NCBI GenBank assembly: GCA_040954595.2
Contig: CM082590.2
Span: 2,294,001-2,358,000, forward strand
Direction of reading: 5' to 3'
Origin: Balanoglossus misakiensis
Lineage: Eukaryota > Animalia > Hemichordata
DNA: 64,000 nucleotides
The position numbers and the translations under genes were made by a program. Positions 12,190-25,866 of this stretch are shown piece by piece. How positions within the stretch are numbered: the first letter of the stretch is position 1; each line of letters starts with the position of its first letter. The notes below the pieces were generated by a model. The model ran no database searches and had not been told where the DNA came from. It saw only the letters and a program-made list of their open reading frames with translations.

Positions 12190-15100
12190 ATTGCAATAAT
12201 ACTATCAAATTTCAAAGCAATCCCATATGCAGTTTCAGAAAAATCAGTATTTTCACCAAAATTGTACAATATCTTACGTCAATCGCTTCAGGGAACATGC
12301 CTACCAAAGCTCAAGGCAATCTGACAATCAGTTTGAAAGAAAATAATTTTTAATGAAAAATTCCAAAACTATCACACACAAAACGCAAATATGCATATTT
12401 CAAGTATTTTTCTAAAACATCTCACTTAATTATTCCCAAGGAACAACCCTGCAAAATTTGAAAGCAATCTGACAAGCAGTTTTAGATAAAACAATTTTTG
12501 ACCAAAAAAGACAAAAAATTCTACAAAATTATAAATATGCACATTTTTCATCAACCAGGTTTTCATCAAATGGGACCATATATCCAAATGTATGCTTCAA
12601 AGCAACACGACTCTCAGTGAAAAAATGCTTGTCACCCTGGTCAAAAATTTGGTTTTACTAAAACATCAAATCGGTTATCTCTCAAAGCTAAAAGGGTTAT
12701 CACCAAACAGATTACAATTTTCTTTACTTTTGGTGGTTTTGGTTTTATCGGTTTGCCCAATAAAAATTAGGATAATTGTTTAAGTATGCCAACAGTGAGG
12801 TGGAAATCACACCAGAAAAGCGAAAATACGCCAACAACATGTAAACAGTAAAATGTTACGAAAAAACAAACAGAAAAGCGAAAATACACCAACCACGTTT
12901 AAACCGTAAAATTAAAAAAAAATGCAAACACTGGCTCTACGTGCGCTTAGGCAAGAGGCCTAGCAATAAAATTCTCACAGAGTATAACCCTATAAATATG
13001 TCTAGACTTTCTCGATTATGACCTCAGGGTCAGCAGCGAAGCCATACACAGAATGGCCGAGAGGCATGGCTAGCTGCACGCCCGTAGCTCGGATTTTTTT
13101 CTGGAATAAGACCTACTTCTGTTCAACTACAAGGTGTTGAACGGATAGCTGCAAATCACCTAATACCAGACTAAACAATCGAGCGACGGTAACGTAGCTA
13201 CATAGGCTATGGTACTAAAAGCAATGACTGGATTATGAGCCTACCGAAAAGACGTCTTGATCCCGCGGCAGTAAGAAGGAAAGTGGTCGAAACCCGGCGT
13301 CGCACACCGGAAACGGGTCAATGATCACCTGTTGTTATGGAGAGTGGGACTTGTTACCCAATCACAGACCATAGTTAGCATTACGACACACTAATGAATA
13401 TGCATACATGCTATAGCTGCATATTTTATTATTTTAGAACGCACTGGAACATGCTCGCATTCGAAGGAATATTCCATTTGTATATGCAAATAGCAAACCT
13501 ATGTTCTCGAGTGTGAGTGCACCATTGTCTCAGGGGGGTGGCTCACGTCCCAAAGAACAGGGGGTAATTTTCTACCACAGCCGCGCATTTCAAACCGAGC
13601 AAGCAAACTGCTAACTTCCGTTGTCTGGGCAACATTTTGATGTGCGTTAAGTTTTGCACCTATTCGACTTTGAGGAAACAGACCTATAATACTTCCTAAT
13701 GTGGTTCTCTTTCTGGGTCATTTTGTTGGTCCAACCACGATCCACGAGATCGTAAACTGCTTGGATTAGGGCGCGTTAGGAAGCTGCAGCTGCGGCCGCA
13801 GGTCAAGTCGGTGTGTGTTGTATTTAACAAACATGGTGAATGTGTTCGGCACAGCAACATGCTCGCTCTACCCACAGCCACTGTACCGTACTGTCGATCG
13901 TTTCCATGTCTGTTTCACGCTCGCTCTTTATAATGCCCTTATCACGCCTCCCGTATTGTGTTCATGATATGACAGTCCCACTAATCTGACAACACGCTCG
14001 CTTTTATTATGTCAATTTGTCCCGTTCGCTAGCACTGCGTTCAGGCCTGCATTCACCATTAACAGACTATCCCATTCGCCAACTTTACTGAACTACAAAG
14101 TGAAGAACCAGTTTGCGTCTTGGCCGAAACAACCGGGGTCATGGAAATTAAAGGCCGAACCGAGAAGATTAAGTGCCATTCCCGAAGTAACGACCAACCA
14201 ATGTTTACAGAGAAATCAGATGACATCAAATAGCGGAGTTCTTATCCTGTCGGGATGCGTTTACCTCGGAATCGGCGAAGTTTTTTTGTCGTCGAGTTTG
14301 ATTTCATGGACGATGCAGTCTAGTTATTTGATGATCCATAATTGATATTTTTTTGGGGGGGGGGGGGGTCCTGGTGTCAATAATTCGAGGCAGGAGAAGA
14401 AATGTGCCGCCAGCGCAAATTGCCGTTTTTCTCGCTCTGTTTAGTCGATTTTGACAACTTCAAAAGTATTAAACTTCACTCTGCGTTGGTCGAGAGGTCT
14501 TAAATTTTACCCATCCAACAAAACAAACGTTTGTAGTCAATAAAGTGTTCTTGGCGGGAATTAAAATTGATTCAATGCAATTCAAGTTTGAATTTGATCA
14601 AATTTTCTAAATATAGATAAATCGACAGGCCAACACTGTCCATGCACCAAAAAGAACAGCTGGTCGCGGAGATGAATTTTGTTTTTGTATATAACAAAAT
14701 ACCCTACAAAATATAAAAGTTCCGAATTACCTATAATTTGATTCCATTATAATTCCAATACTATTAACTCAATTTTAGAGTAATACACTGGGAACTATTA
14801 TTTTTCAAAATTGGAAAATATGCCCCCAAAATACAAGATATTGCCAACAAAAAGCATTGACACTTTCATCATTGGTTTTGTAAATTATCATGACAACGCA
14901 CCCAGGAACCTTTAAATCAAATTTGAAAGCAATGGAGTAGAGGGTTCTGAGAAAGAGTTTTGACCAAAAATGGCAAAAATCACCCCAAAAATATAATATT
15001 AAATTCTTCTAGTTGATTTGACAAACATACATGCAAATTTCCAAAGCAATCTATGAGCTGTTTTACATTTAAAAAATGATCAAAAAGGTAAAAATTGCTT

Positions 15101-16240
15101 GCAAATTTTGCAGCAATTTAAACAAAACTTTAGTAACTCAGATCACCTATATGAAGCTCCATACTAAATTTCAAAGAGGTGGGCTGATTAATTCCAGAAA
15201 GGTAGTTTTTTTACAAAAATGTAGAAAAAGACAAACAAATGCGAAAAATAGAAAATTCAAAGTATTACCTCAAAACATACACAATCATTATGACCAGGGG
15301 TTGCTGAGTTTCTGAGTTTTGACCAAATTAAGGTTTTTCCCAGAAAATTTGCATATTTTTGGCAATGTCAACTTCGTTTGAACAAACTCCCATCTACAAC
15401 CCGGTATGCATCTACACACCAAATATCGAGGTTGTACGCGTAGCAGTCTTCAAGTTTTTGATGTGGATGGACATACTCCCATACATCCATACAGATGCAA
15501 CGTACCGATCTCATAAGGTCCCACTGGAATATACCAATACAAATGTGACATAAACACTTGACTTGCGGGCGCTGTTACTCCTCAATGAAAGCAGATAACG
15601 CGACACAAACTGGTCATTTTTTTCAAACTTGTGCTATAAGTAATATGTGTGACCAACTCTATGACTTAATTTTTTGTTAATGACCTAATACCAAACAAAT
15701 AGATATGATCTAATTTAAAAAAACTGTCCCAAAACTGCCAAACACAAAAATGCAAACATCACCAAAATTATACAATATCTTACTTCGATGAGAACATGCT
15801 TACCAAAGTTCAAAGCAATCTGACAAGTGGTTTCAACGAGAAAATCACAAGTTACCTCAAGAACACAAATAAGCAAATTTCAACAAAATTTTCAAACAAC
15901 TTACAATTGCTTAACCCTGAGAACATGCCTACCAATTCCCAAAGCAATCTGACAAGCACGAGGTTTCAGAGAAAACGATTTTTGACCAAAAATTGCAAAA
16001 TTTGGCTCATAATTACAAATGTGCAAACTTTGCAACAATTACACCTATAGGAAGATTTATACTAAATGTTAAAGAAATCAGCCAATTACTTTCATAGAAA
16101 ATATTTTACCATTGTGTTAAAAGACAAAACATTCATAAAAAGTAGACAATTCACGATGTTAGCTTAGAACTTATATAGCTCTATGATCTTGGCATAAGAA
16201 ACATGCATACCACTTTTCAAAGCAATCTGACCAGTAGTTC
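12190..16240 (+). repeat. Cluster of degenerate interspersed repeat copies (recurring 'aaatttcaaagcaatctgac' motif)
   Basis: Motif variants at ~12210, 12315, 12460, 14925, 15045, 15812, 15940 and 16218, and on the minus strand at ~29770-30060. A short (cata)n-like stretch lies near 15470-15495. Boundaries are approximate. Confidence 0.55.
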
Positions 16241-16304
16241 CCAGCTAACAACTGAGAACAGAATAGCCAAAATCATCACCAGCGCCTAACACTACATTTG
16301 ATTT

Positions 16305-16360
16305 TAATCAGATGAAAAAGGGAAGTAAGCAGACCATTTGTTGGAGCGGCTGATCCTCAC
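16305..16360 (-). pseudogene. Candidate 3' exon of the minus-strand gene
   Basis: Strong acceptor 'ctgtctctttgatttcag|' at 16361; the phase-1 reading (G)EDQPLQQMVCLLPFSSD* ends at TAA. Linkage to the upstream exons is not proven. Confidence 0.35.
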
Positions 16361-18306
16361 CTGAAATCAAAGAGACAGACAAAAGCACTCATTTTATCAG
16401 AATATTTATTTTATGTATGCAAAAATCCTAACATGATATCTCTGTCTACCTGTTTATCCTGATAGGAAAATTGTTAGAATAAAAATATCAAAGATATTTC
16501 TTCCTAACGCTGCATACACTATGTACATACTCTAGCAGTCTTGAAAGTACACTGAAATGTTTGTCAAAAGCTCTTCTTAAAAACTGCATAACATACCAAA
16601 CTTTCAGTACAATATAAGCAATATCCGGAAAAAAATTAAACCAACTTAGCATCTTATGCAAAATGAAAGAAATTGAGGAATCGTGTCCCCCCTTCCCTTC
16701 AGCACTATACATGATTCTACAGCCTCAAGGTGTCATTCTTCACACAAACATAAAATGAATGGCTGAAATTCTAGAAATGTAGAAACAATGACATGTGAAT
16801 ATTGTTATTAAAAATGTGATTTTAATCGTTTGGCAACTATGGTCACTTCCTAATAATTGACTATATTTCTTAACATGCATCTAATAGTTTGATTCTACCA
16901 TGCTTGTCACGGATTTTGCCGATCACCAAACACAAAACACAACAAAATGGTTTAACAGTTTCACAAGCCATATGCCTAAAACAGGGACATCATCAGTTCA
17001 TATGTATGGCCAGTCTGGCTACAGAGGTGAACTGACTATGTATATGCATGGGATTCTTTTATATCCCTTTGGTCACGTGACCAGTTTATATATTTTCTGC
17101 TATTTCCCCAAGGGATTCATAGTCGATTCTATTTTCTTATCACCTGACGGATTCTGGCGAATCATGACACAGTGTTAGCATGAGGTATGTTATAAATACA
17201 GATATTACATACATACCGGTATTCAAATGAACTAATGGTTCGGTCCAAATCCATTGTTTCTGTTGGAAAAGTTGGATGTCTACACAGGGAACTGGGGGTG
17301 AATGGTGAGAGTGCTAAGAAAAAAGACTGATGGTAATTTTCCATTTTTATCTAACCTGTATACATGTGTGTGCTTAATCTTTCCCAATAATGCTGACACA
17401 CAACAAGTTAATTGTTTTACAAAACTCTCCTTGAGAGTCAAATGAAGGCACCTGATATAAGCCCAAAGACTTCATTCTTTTCCACACACCACTTTTCTCT
17501 TTTCAAAGAGCTCCATTTCAAATTGTGTACACAAACAATGTCATTGTCACTGCCCAAGCCCAAACTTTCAAATTACAATGTGACATTTCAAAACACTGTT
17601 AGACTTCCCAATGAAACATTAACTCTGGATCGGTATCCATTCAAATTAGTGACAGCCCCGGGGTTAGATTGTTGTTAATTTTGTTATAATGGTGATATTT
17701 AATTGTTTGGCTTTAACAAAAATTATGACATGGACGTATAAACGTGTTATGTCCACACATATGCTGTGAGTTCAGCTTCAATCCAATTTCATAACAAATT
17801 ATTCAACAACAAAAATAGAAAATGAACATCAAGAGCTAGTGACTTCGTGGCTTTCACATGATAAATATACATTGCCCCATGCTAGAGTGTAATATTAACA
17901 TGTCTCATACAACCTACAATTCTCTGTATATAACCAAACACATTCATTATAGCTGCATTAGTTGGGTCACATAATCTGGAACCAGATAGGCTGACCTGAG
18001 CAATCCATGTTTTTGCAAGTGTTGTATTGTCACTGTTATAGTGTGACTTCTTTGGTGTAATGCTCCAATGAACATGTGAGTTTCAATTGGATAGATAAAT
18101 GACCAATAACACAAAGTCTGTGATTGGGTAATACAAATGATTGGTATACAACTGGAAGTTCTGACACTGAAAGAGCTGTCTATTGCTCTCTTCCCTGAGG
18201 GAGCGATAGAGAGTAACTTTAGAGATACATTCTCCAATGATCAGGAGTTAATAAGGTATTAGTCTAGTATATAGCTGTATTTTATCTGCTTTGCTTTCAA
18301 AAAACT

Positions 18307-18595
18307 ATGCATGCCACTGGCCCAATAAAGCATGATACCCCTTGCAGGGAATCGTGATGTAACTAGTGTCCCTTTGAAGTCAATCACGGACTTTGTTTTT
18401 CCAATGATTGGTCAAAGGATACATATGTGTGATTAAGGATTGGTACCATTTTAAATTTAAATTAGCCTTGCCTTTACTATAACCTTACACACAATCGCCA
18501 TTGTTCAGTTTATGTCAGTGACTTTAAGGGGGATGGTAGTTACATCACAATTCCCAGCAAGAGCTATCAGGCTTTATTGGGCCAGTGGCATGCAT
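18307..18595. mobile_element. MITE with ~75-bp imperfect TIRs
   Basis: Left end atgcatgccactggcccaataaagcatgata..gggaatcgtgatgtaacta matches the reverse complement of the right end tagttacatcacaattccc..tatcaggctttattgggccagtggcatgcat. Confidence 0.8.
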
Positions 18596-18639
18596 CACTC
18601 TTGATGTTAGTTTTGGAAGTGGAAAAAATATGGCTATAT

Positions 18640-18847
18640 AGTGTAAAACATGAAATTTTCGCAACGGGAAATTTTCATAATATCAAATGTGGCAACTGTT
18701 ATGCAACGATTAATTTTCGCATTCTCGAATTTCAATTCATCATTATTTCTGAAAAACATGTTTACGCGACTTTTTAGTTTCGTGTTTTTTTAGCACTTGC
18801 ATGATTCGGGCGAATTTATCTCTCATGAAAATTTCCCATTTTACATA
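18640..18847. mobile_element. Degenerate Tc1/mariner-type MITE (cygtaaaa..gaaattttcgc family); related copy at ~41082-41275
   Basis: Imperfect inverted ends gtgtaaaacatgaaattttc / gaaaatttcccattttaca. The second copy has tactgtaaaacgggaaatt / aatttcctgtttgacagta. Confidence 0.5.
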
Positions 18848-19384
18848 CATCCTAAGTATCATTTTTTCACACCAGAAGACAATGCACAGTTGCTTTGTGT
18901 ATGGCATACTTTGTATTACAATAGACACTGACAACTAGTTACATCCTCCCAGCATACAAATATGGTTATATTGAAATAAGGCATTATGATGGAAACAATG
19001 TAAAGCTAATGCAAGAATTAGTACAGACCGAGTATATTATGTTACTACACTGGAATAACAATTTCGTGTTATTTGATCTGTTTAAATTTTTTTTTTAAAT
19101 CAAGGAACACTGAAGAATGAGTGGAGGTGATAGCTTTGGAATGGATATGTCTGTATACAGTAAATGAGAGTGATAAATATTCCAAATCCCCAATACTTGA
19201 CTGTCTGGAAAAAACCTTGAGAATTTTCTGACATTTCTTTGGGCATCTGGGTTTCATTTAGTATATAGAAGTTACAACGGTAATGAAGGCATGAACAGTC
19301 TCCTGTTCATTATAGTCAGTTTCCTGTAAGAATTTATTGATTCGGAATATCAAAAAGACTCATGTCAACAGCCAGCAGATTACT

Positions 19385-19582
19385 ACATGATTGTTGCAGT
19401 GTTTGTTGCATGCTGGGTGCCAAGTCCATCTGAGGTACCTGTGGTCGCGGCCGTGGCTGTTGTCCTAGTTACAGCTGTTGTTGTTGTTGTTGTGATAACT
19501 GTTGCTGTTGTTGTTGTTGTTGCCATGTTTGTTGTTGTGGTGGTGGAATGGTTGCTTTTGTTCCGCTGGCTTGTTGCTGCTG
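19385..19582 (-). pseudogene. Q/P-rich exon with in-frame TAA (3' boundary uncertain)
   Basis: Acceptor 'tgtttgtttttaactgcag|' (NAGNAG). Reads QQQQASGTKATIPPPQQQTWQQQQQQQQLSQQQQQQL*LGQQPRPRPQVPQMDLAPSMQQTLQQ, with the stop at 19471-19469. Confidence 0.7.
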
Positions 19583-21147
19583 CTGCAGTTAAAAACAAAC
19601 AAAACAGTTTTCTTTTAAAGTCACTTCACAGCAAATGGCAATGTATCAGGAGACACTTCTTTTTAATTTTCTTTACATTTGTCAATCAGACTGAAATTTA
19701 GGGCGGCATATAGTTAGTTACTGTACAATGGGAAATTGATTTAGGCTGTGTCTAAAATTGATGGTTGGTTTCAAGACACCTGTTGACCTAATTAATTATG
19801 TACACTCCTAATTCTAGGCTAACCAATAGATCTAGAAGTTTAGATTTTGTAGGACATAGATCAGTTTAGGATCAAAACTTTTTGACAAAATTTTGGGTAT
19901 CCACAGCAGATAATCCTTAGCATTCTGTAGGAACCCTGGGAATTGCTTGGGCCCAGTGAACACTGCTTGCAGCTTTAATTCACCATGTTCTCAGATGCAG
20001 ACATTTTGAAGAGAATATGATTTAAATTCTAAGCAGACTTTTGTTAAAGTGTAATGTTCATCTAACACACATTTGCCAAAGCAGAGACTCTAGTTACAAA
20101 ATTGTTATCTATGCCACAAGTGCTGTCTTAACAACAGACAAGGTGGCGGCAACCATAGTCTGTGTCATAGATTAGGAAAAGACAGCAAATTGAGTGAAAA
20201 GAAGAGACAAAACTAAATTCTTCTTATCTGGCATGCAAGAAATATAGAAGGAAGCGAAGGCAGTCCACTATATGAATGCACGCACATAAAATTGTGCAGA
20301 ATATTTGGATTGGACGTTATTTTGTACACACAAAATTAACGCATATGTGCATAAGAGTAAGATGATTGTCGTCATTTAAAACTGTCTGTCAGAGGTTATC
20401 ATCAGTGCTTCCACACTGGTACCATGGAAAAACTAGAGGAATTGAAAATAAGAATGAGACAAGATTTGTTGTATTTCTTTGTCGGTAATTTAGGTCTGCT
20501 TTCCTTCCAGCTTTTTCCCCCACACTAAAACTGAACAGGTTGGACCAGTCACACCTCCCTTAATCCTATTGGTCCCAATGTTTATTTCATCAATATATCT
20601 ATGGCATGCTGACTTGGACAATAATTCTGACACAAAATTGATCATGAGTGTGAACTGATTGCATAAACATTTTTCGAAAGTACTTCCTGTAAAAAGGGAG
20701 GAGGCTCCACACACCAGACTATTTTTGTTTATGTACATGACTTACACATGCGGGGGTTGTCAACTTGATGAAATAGCCATTCTCTAGATTTCCTATTGTT
20801 ATAAGAGTGTACATAAACATGAAAAGTAAAATCATGAATATTAATAGATGTGGTGCGTATGGCCGATTTGAGGCAAATCAGCCATACCCACCACGTCTAA
20901 ATCTGTGTGGGGAAAAGTTGTCATGTTGGGCAAATAGTTCATTGAATTTATTCTGTGTGACTGTCAGGTCTTCAATACATTAAAATCATTTTGGGAATGG
21001 CACAGACCATGTTATTTGTACCATCAAGAAAGCTCCTTTTTGAGAAAACTGATTTCATTTTTCCCCACATAACAATTCCCAGAAGTGCCACTGGTACCAG
21101 TCTTGGTTTTCAAAATATTCACTGTACACATTATTATGACAACTTAC

Positions 21148-21396
21148 TTGTAAGAGGTGTTTTAGTTGTTGATTTGTTGATTGTATATTGGATGGCTGTG
21201 CTTGCACTGCTTGTTGTTGTTGTTGTTGTTGTTGGGCTCTCTCTTGTTGTAACCTTTGTATTTGCTGTTGTTGTTGATGTTGTTGTCTTAGAGCTATGAG
21301 TTGACTTTGTCTGGCATGTTGATCTTGCTGTTGTTTCAATTCAAGTTCTTTTTTCTGTGCCATCTCTAGATTCTTCTGCAGTGCTTGAATATTCCT
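21148..21396 (-). pseudogene. Q-rich/coiled-coil-like exon, phase 0-0, 249 nt, ending in the LxxLL-like motif LKHLL
   Basis: Bounded by 'gtttgatctttcag|' and '|gtaagt'. Open frame RNIQALQKNLEMAQKKELELKQQQDQHARQ...STNQQLKHLLQ. Confidence 0.85.
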
Positions 21397-22510
21397 CTGA
21401 AAGATCAAACAAAGAAAAGTGTAAACATTCAAACATTGTCATCTGTGTCAATCTACCTACATGTAACATGACTACAGGAGCTTCAGCCAAGCCAAGCTTT
21501 TCACTTGGGAGATTATTGAAATCAATTTAAAACTCAGCAACTCCAACTTCGGGTTATTTTCTCAATACTTTTGTTTTGGCGGTCACCTTTCATTGAACAA
21601 TGAATGGGCAAGTGCTCGCTCACTTCTTCACTGAATTTCACTGTTTGTTTATCTTATCATAAAAAAACTTGGGCATCGCAGTCCTTTGGACAAAAATATT
21701 CATGTGTGGTGATTTAAAATCAATGTTGCAAGAAGAAGAATTAATCACAGGATTAACGGTTTCTGATTGAAAAATACTAAATGCTTAATATGCCATATGC
21801 CGTACACAGAGTGATCACATTAGTCAATAGGACAGCTGTTTCAAAGGACTAAAATGATGGCAACGTTTTAATATTATATTTATTTTACAAAACCTTGCAT
21901 CTGAGCTTTACTTTAAAGTACTTCCATTTACTAGTAGTACAAGTGCACATCAGTTAACATTGACAGCTAGGCATGACGTCATAGATGTAGGACTTCAAAA
22001 TGGACATTCTGAACAGTGGGGGCGCTCTATCATGGTGGATTTTAATGAACATGTGTATTTAATTTCATCACTCACATTTGTCCATGGAAACTGTATTTTA
22101 ACATACGCTTATAGTTAAGGCATTTGCAGTATCTAGTCATATTACAGTAATACACCAGACATGTTCTTAACTCAACTAAATGTGTGTAAGTTCAATTTCT
22201 GACCTCACTCAGATTACCCAAGTCAATGTGACAAACTCTACTGCAAGTATACAGACTTGAACTCCGGAAAAACTAGTCACCTACAATACTTGAAATGGAG
22301 CCACATCCAAAACTTGACTTTGAGATCTTTTATCAAATCAGTTTTCCTTTTAGAATTAGAACTCCCATGCAATTTTTGTGACAGAGGAAATAAATAGATT
22401 CTCAGAAAAAAACAGTTTCCTCTTTAAAGATCCAACCTTACCATAGAAAATAAAAGGTTTAGACTGAACCATAGTGGTGAAAGGGTTAAGCCAGAGCATG
22501 TATCAAAATA

Positions 22511-22680
22511 CAGTAAAACCTGTCTCAACCGAACCCTGTCTAATCTGGAAACCTGTCTATTTCAAAGACATTGTTCAAACCTTTTGACATAGAACCACAT
22601 GTTGAAAGAACCTCTTTAAATTGTACACCTGCAATCTGAACAATTTCTTCAGTCCCTTTGGTGTTAGACAGGTTTGACTG
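22511..22680. mobile_element. pogo/Tigger-like MITE, TA TSD
   Basis: ta|cagtaaaacctgtct ... agacaggtttgactg|ta. Confidence 0.8.
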
Positions 22681-23138
22681 TACTTGAAAGTGCAATTGAA
22701 CAAAAATGCTAAAAAATATAATTGCAGAGAGTCAGTATTTTAGGCTGGGCATCATCTACATAGTTCCCAGAATCAATACTGTCACAGTAGTCCATTTCTC
22801 TATGTACCAAATTTTTATAAAACATTGCTATGCAGTCATGTTACCCTTCCAAGATGCAAACATGAGGCCAGTTGGTCACAAAGTAAAAACTTGATTGTCT
22901 TGTGTATCAACACTATAGTTGGGACTTATGTTCGACAGCCACATTTTATTGTAAGGTCAGTTTTACACGCAACTTGTATCATGTATACAACAAACTAGAT
23001 GAGCTCGAGCAGTACTCTACTGACCGCCTTTTTCACATTGTCTGCATTGAGATGACACTTTATTTTGGAAGGCTGCCCTCTTTATGAAAAATGTCATGAT
23101 TGTGTTACACGTAAAAAAGACAGAAATCAACACAACAG

Positions 23139-23323
23139 CAGTCAAACCTGCTCATTATGGCTAGTGAAGGGACTTTTCTAAACTGGCCTTTATAGATAAG
23201 TGGCCATTATACCTTGTAGAAAGTCAATTAATGTACATGTAAATTGCACAGGGACTAGAATAAAGTGGCCACTATATAGAGGTGGCTGCCTAATAGAGGT
23301 GGCCACTCAAACAGGTTTGACTG
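23139..23323. mobile_element. pogo/Tigger-like MITE
   Basis: cagtcaaacctg ... caggtttgactg|ta, with internal 'aggtggcc' repeats. The left TA is not preserved. Confidence 0.75.
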
Positions 23324-23464
23324 TATGTTGATTTGTGTCATGAATAGCCGACATTTACCAATGACTGATTGTACAATATATGATTTCAGTGTCACATATA
23401 CATGTATAAGACACTAAGTACAAACCCATACATCTTACTTTCTCTCCAAATTGTAGATACTCAC

Positions 23465-23574
23465 CAACGCATGTATGTTGAATCCTGGTCTGCAACCACA
23501 CTGGTAACTGGTTGGTGTGTTGTAACATACTCGTTGGCATGGTGACCAACCAGCTTGATCGCACTCATTGTCAT
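23465..23574 (-). pseudogene. Calcium-binding EGF-like exon 4 with a frameshifting internal deletion
   Basis: Bounded by 'ttttccctgcag|' and '|gtgagt'. Reads DDNECDQAGWSPCQRVCYNTPTSYQCGCRPGF; the terminal HTCV is in another frame. Length is 110 nt, not a multiple of 3. Confidence 0.85.
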
Positions 23575-25425
23575 CTGCAGGGAAAACACAAATATCATAA
23601 AATGTATTAGAATGAATACATGTGAATTACAGTTGTCTTTGAGTGCACATTTGAAAATATACGACAAGAGAGCAAAATTGTGTGAAACTTAATAAATATC
23701 ATCTGGCATACAACTTGGTCATATCATATGTTTATCTGTACCAGTACTGAATACTGATAAACAAACAATGTAGTAACCAAATAACATTTAACAAGGTAGT
23801 GTTTGAAAGCCAAAAATATCATGCATAAGACAACAAACTCATTGTTTTGGCTCCGAAGTGTAAACAGAGGAGTCTGTCAAGTTGGGTATGAGCTACTACT
23901 TCCGTCTGTCAAACTACTTCCGTCCGTCAAGAATTCATACCATTTTCTAGTAGGGGTGTGTAGCTTTATGTTTTTGGCGGTGGTGTGTAGCTTTGAGGTG
24001 TTGAGGAAGAATTGGAACAGTGACAGAAATCGGAACGGATTAGCCAGCAGTGTTTTCACTACCCGCGAGAAAACAGTTGTGTTTGGCGAGACGATTTTCA
24101 TACAAATTGGTCAAACTTGTGAAGAACTGCTATCTAACATCGTCATTTGTTTTGCCATGATCAACTTGCCACGATCAGTGCACTACAATGCGTGAAATTG
24201 GACCGCTGTTCTGTTCATTGATCATCACCCCCCCCTGTATCATGAACATTGTAAGGCAATACATTGAATTCAGCTCTTCCAGCTAGTGGCCGCACTCGCT
24301 TGATTTCCTGTGTGTGTCTCTGGGGACACAAATAATGCATATGCGTCTTTTTCTAATTTGCATATTTTGAATTGGTTAGGTGTGCCTTGACTTGAACGCG
24401 TCAAGCGTACAGGTTGTTATGGAAGTTTCTTTTTAGAACGACTAGTGTTAGTCTGTGGGCCCAACCAGCAAAAATAAGTTCTAGAAATGTCATTATGTTG
24501 TATAAGAGTTTTGTTCTACATGAAATTAGCTGGAAATGACAGGTGGGAAACTATTGATGTGAAATCAGGTCACTTCTACCGAAAATGATGGACCAGAGAG
24601 CAATGACTTTTTAAAATTATTTCATATACTATGTTCACAACTGCTATGCTCCCATAAACTGGGGAAACTAAATGATTGAACTTTCTGTTTGAACAATTCA
24701 TGTATTTTTTTGCTAACACCTACACTACTATAGTCAGCACATGACATTACCTATATACTTGAAAATGGAGAACTTTTTATCAAAACACTTAAGCTGATCT
24801 TGAATGCTGTCTGATATTTTTTTTCAAAATATATTTCTTTCACGTTTAGACTAGTGCTTCTACTTGCACTGTTTTTTTTTCAAAACACATTTCTCATAGC
24901 TTGCACTGGTGCAATTTGATACGACAATACACAATGAATTCCATCAGTATAACATAAGATACAAAATCTGAGAGGGAAATGACAGAATATATTTGTGTGA
25001 GGCCATTTGTGTGTGCGGGCCATTTTAAGACTAAATTTAAAACAGTTATTAGAGCCATTGACAAGTGGTTTTTCCCTCTGCCAAGCACCCACCTTATCAA
25101 GCTTCATTCAATATTACATGAGCAAAACAGTTCAGCATTTCACCTTGGTGTTTGCAAATTGTTCCTTTCACCCATATACCAAACCACTGTTCTCCAAACA
25201 TGCTGCTCATCAGCCACTACACACTGAGAGAGCACCAGGTGTCCTTGACGCTATTTTTTTAAATTTCTAACTATGGAAAGTGCCTGATAACTTTTAATTA
25301 TTTTCTGTTTTAACATGGTGACTGACTGTAAAGTCTGTCACTTACAACTTCTGTAAGCGCCCTTTTGAAGCAGGAAATGCAAATCCATTGTTGACCTATC
25401 CCCTCCCCACTCAAAAAAAACTTAC

Positions 25426-25545
25426 CTAAACAATTGACATGCTCTGCACTCAGAGAGAAACCATCATCACCACAACTACAGCTGAATCCACCCTCTGCAT
25501 TGAGAAAACCTCCAGCACAAACAGAATCTGAACACTCATTCACAT
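25426..25545 (-). pseudogene. Calcium-binding EGF-like exon 3, phase 1-1, third Cys replaced by Phe
   Basis: Bounded by 'ctctctattttcag|' and '|gtaag'; 120 nt. Reads DVNECSDSVCAGGFLNAEGGFSCSCGDDGFSLSAEHVNCL. Confidence 0.88.
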
Positions 25546-25866
25546 CTGAAAATAGAGAGAAAAAAACATCCGTTGTAATTATTCAAGTCAATACCAATCC
25601 TCCCTTCCTTTAAAAATTTCCATAAAGTGAACAAATTCACATGGCTTTGAAATTAGTATTAACAGTGATATTTATAATATTTCTAACAGGCCTGACTTTT
25701 CTAAACTTTGAGTTTCTTTGTGGATTTGTAGAAATGATCTACAAACTGAGCTGTCAGGTCATAACTGTTTGTGCTTTGGCATGTACACATATCCCAGTAT
25801 GCCCTACATGGTTGGCAGTGAAATTGATAAAATCTTCACCTAAGATTTCAAACTCGTAGATCTTAA

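Noticed and set aside
17947-18237. 96-aa protein-like minus-strand ORF as another exon
   Set aside because: No convincing splice sites or recognisable motif; cannot be supported without a search.
19383-21299. Val-rich 'membrane protein' ORFs 19387..19701 and 20991..21299, and the Thr-rich ORF 19383..19598
   Set aside because: These are antisense or alternate-frame shadows of the (CAA)n polyQ exons that have proper splice sites on the minus strand.
21148-21396. Naming the Q-rich gene (e.g. a Mediator, KMT2 or NCOA-type coactivator)
   Set aside because: Low-complexity sequence and a single LxxLL-like motif are not enough to assign a gene symbol.
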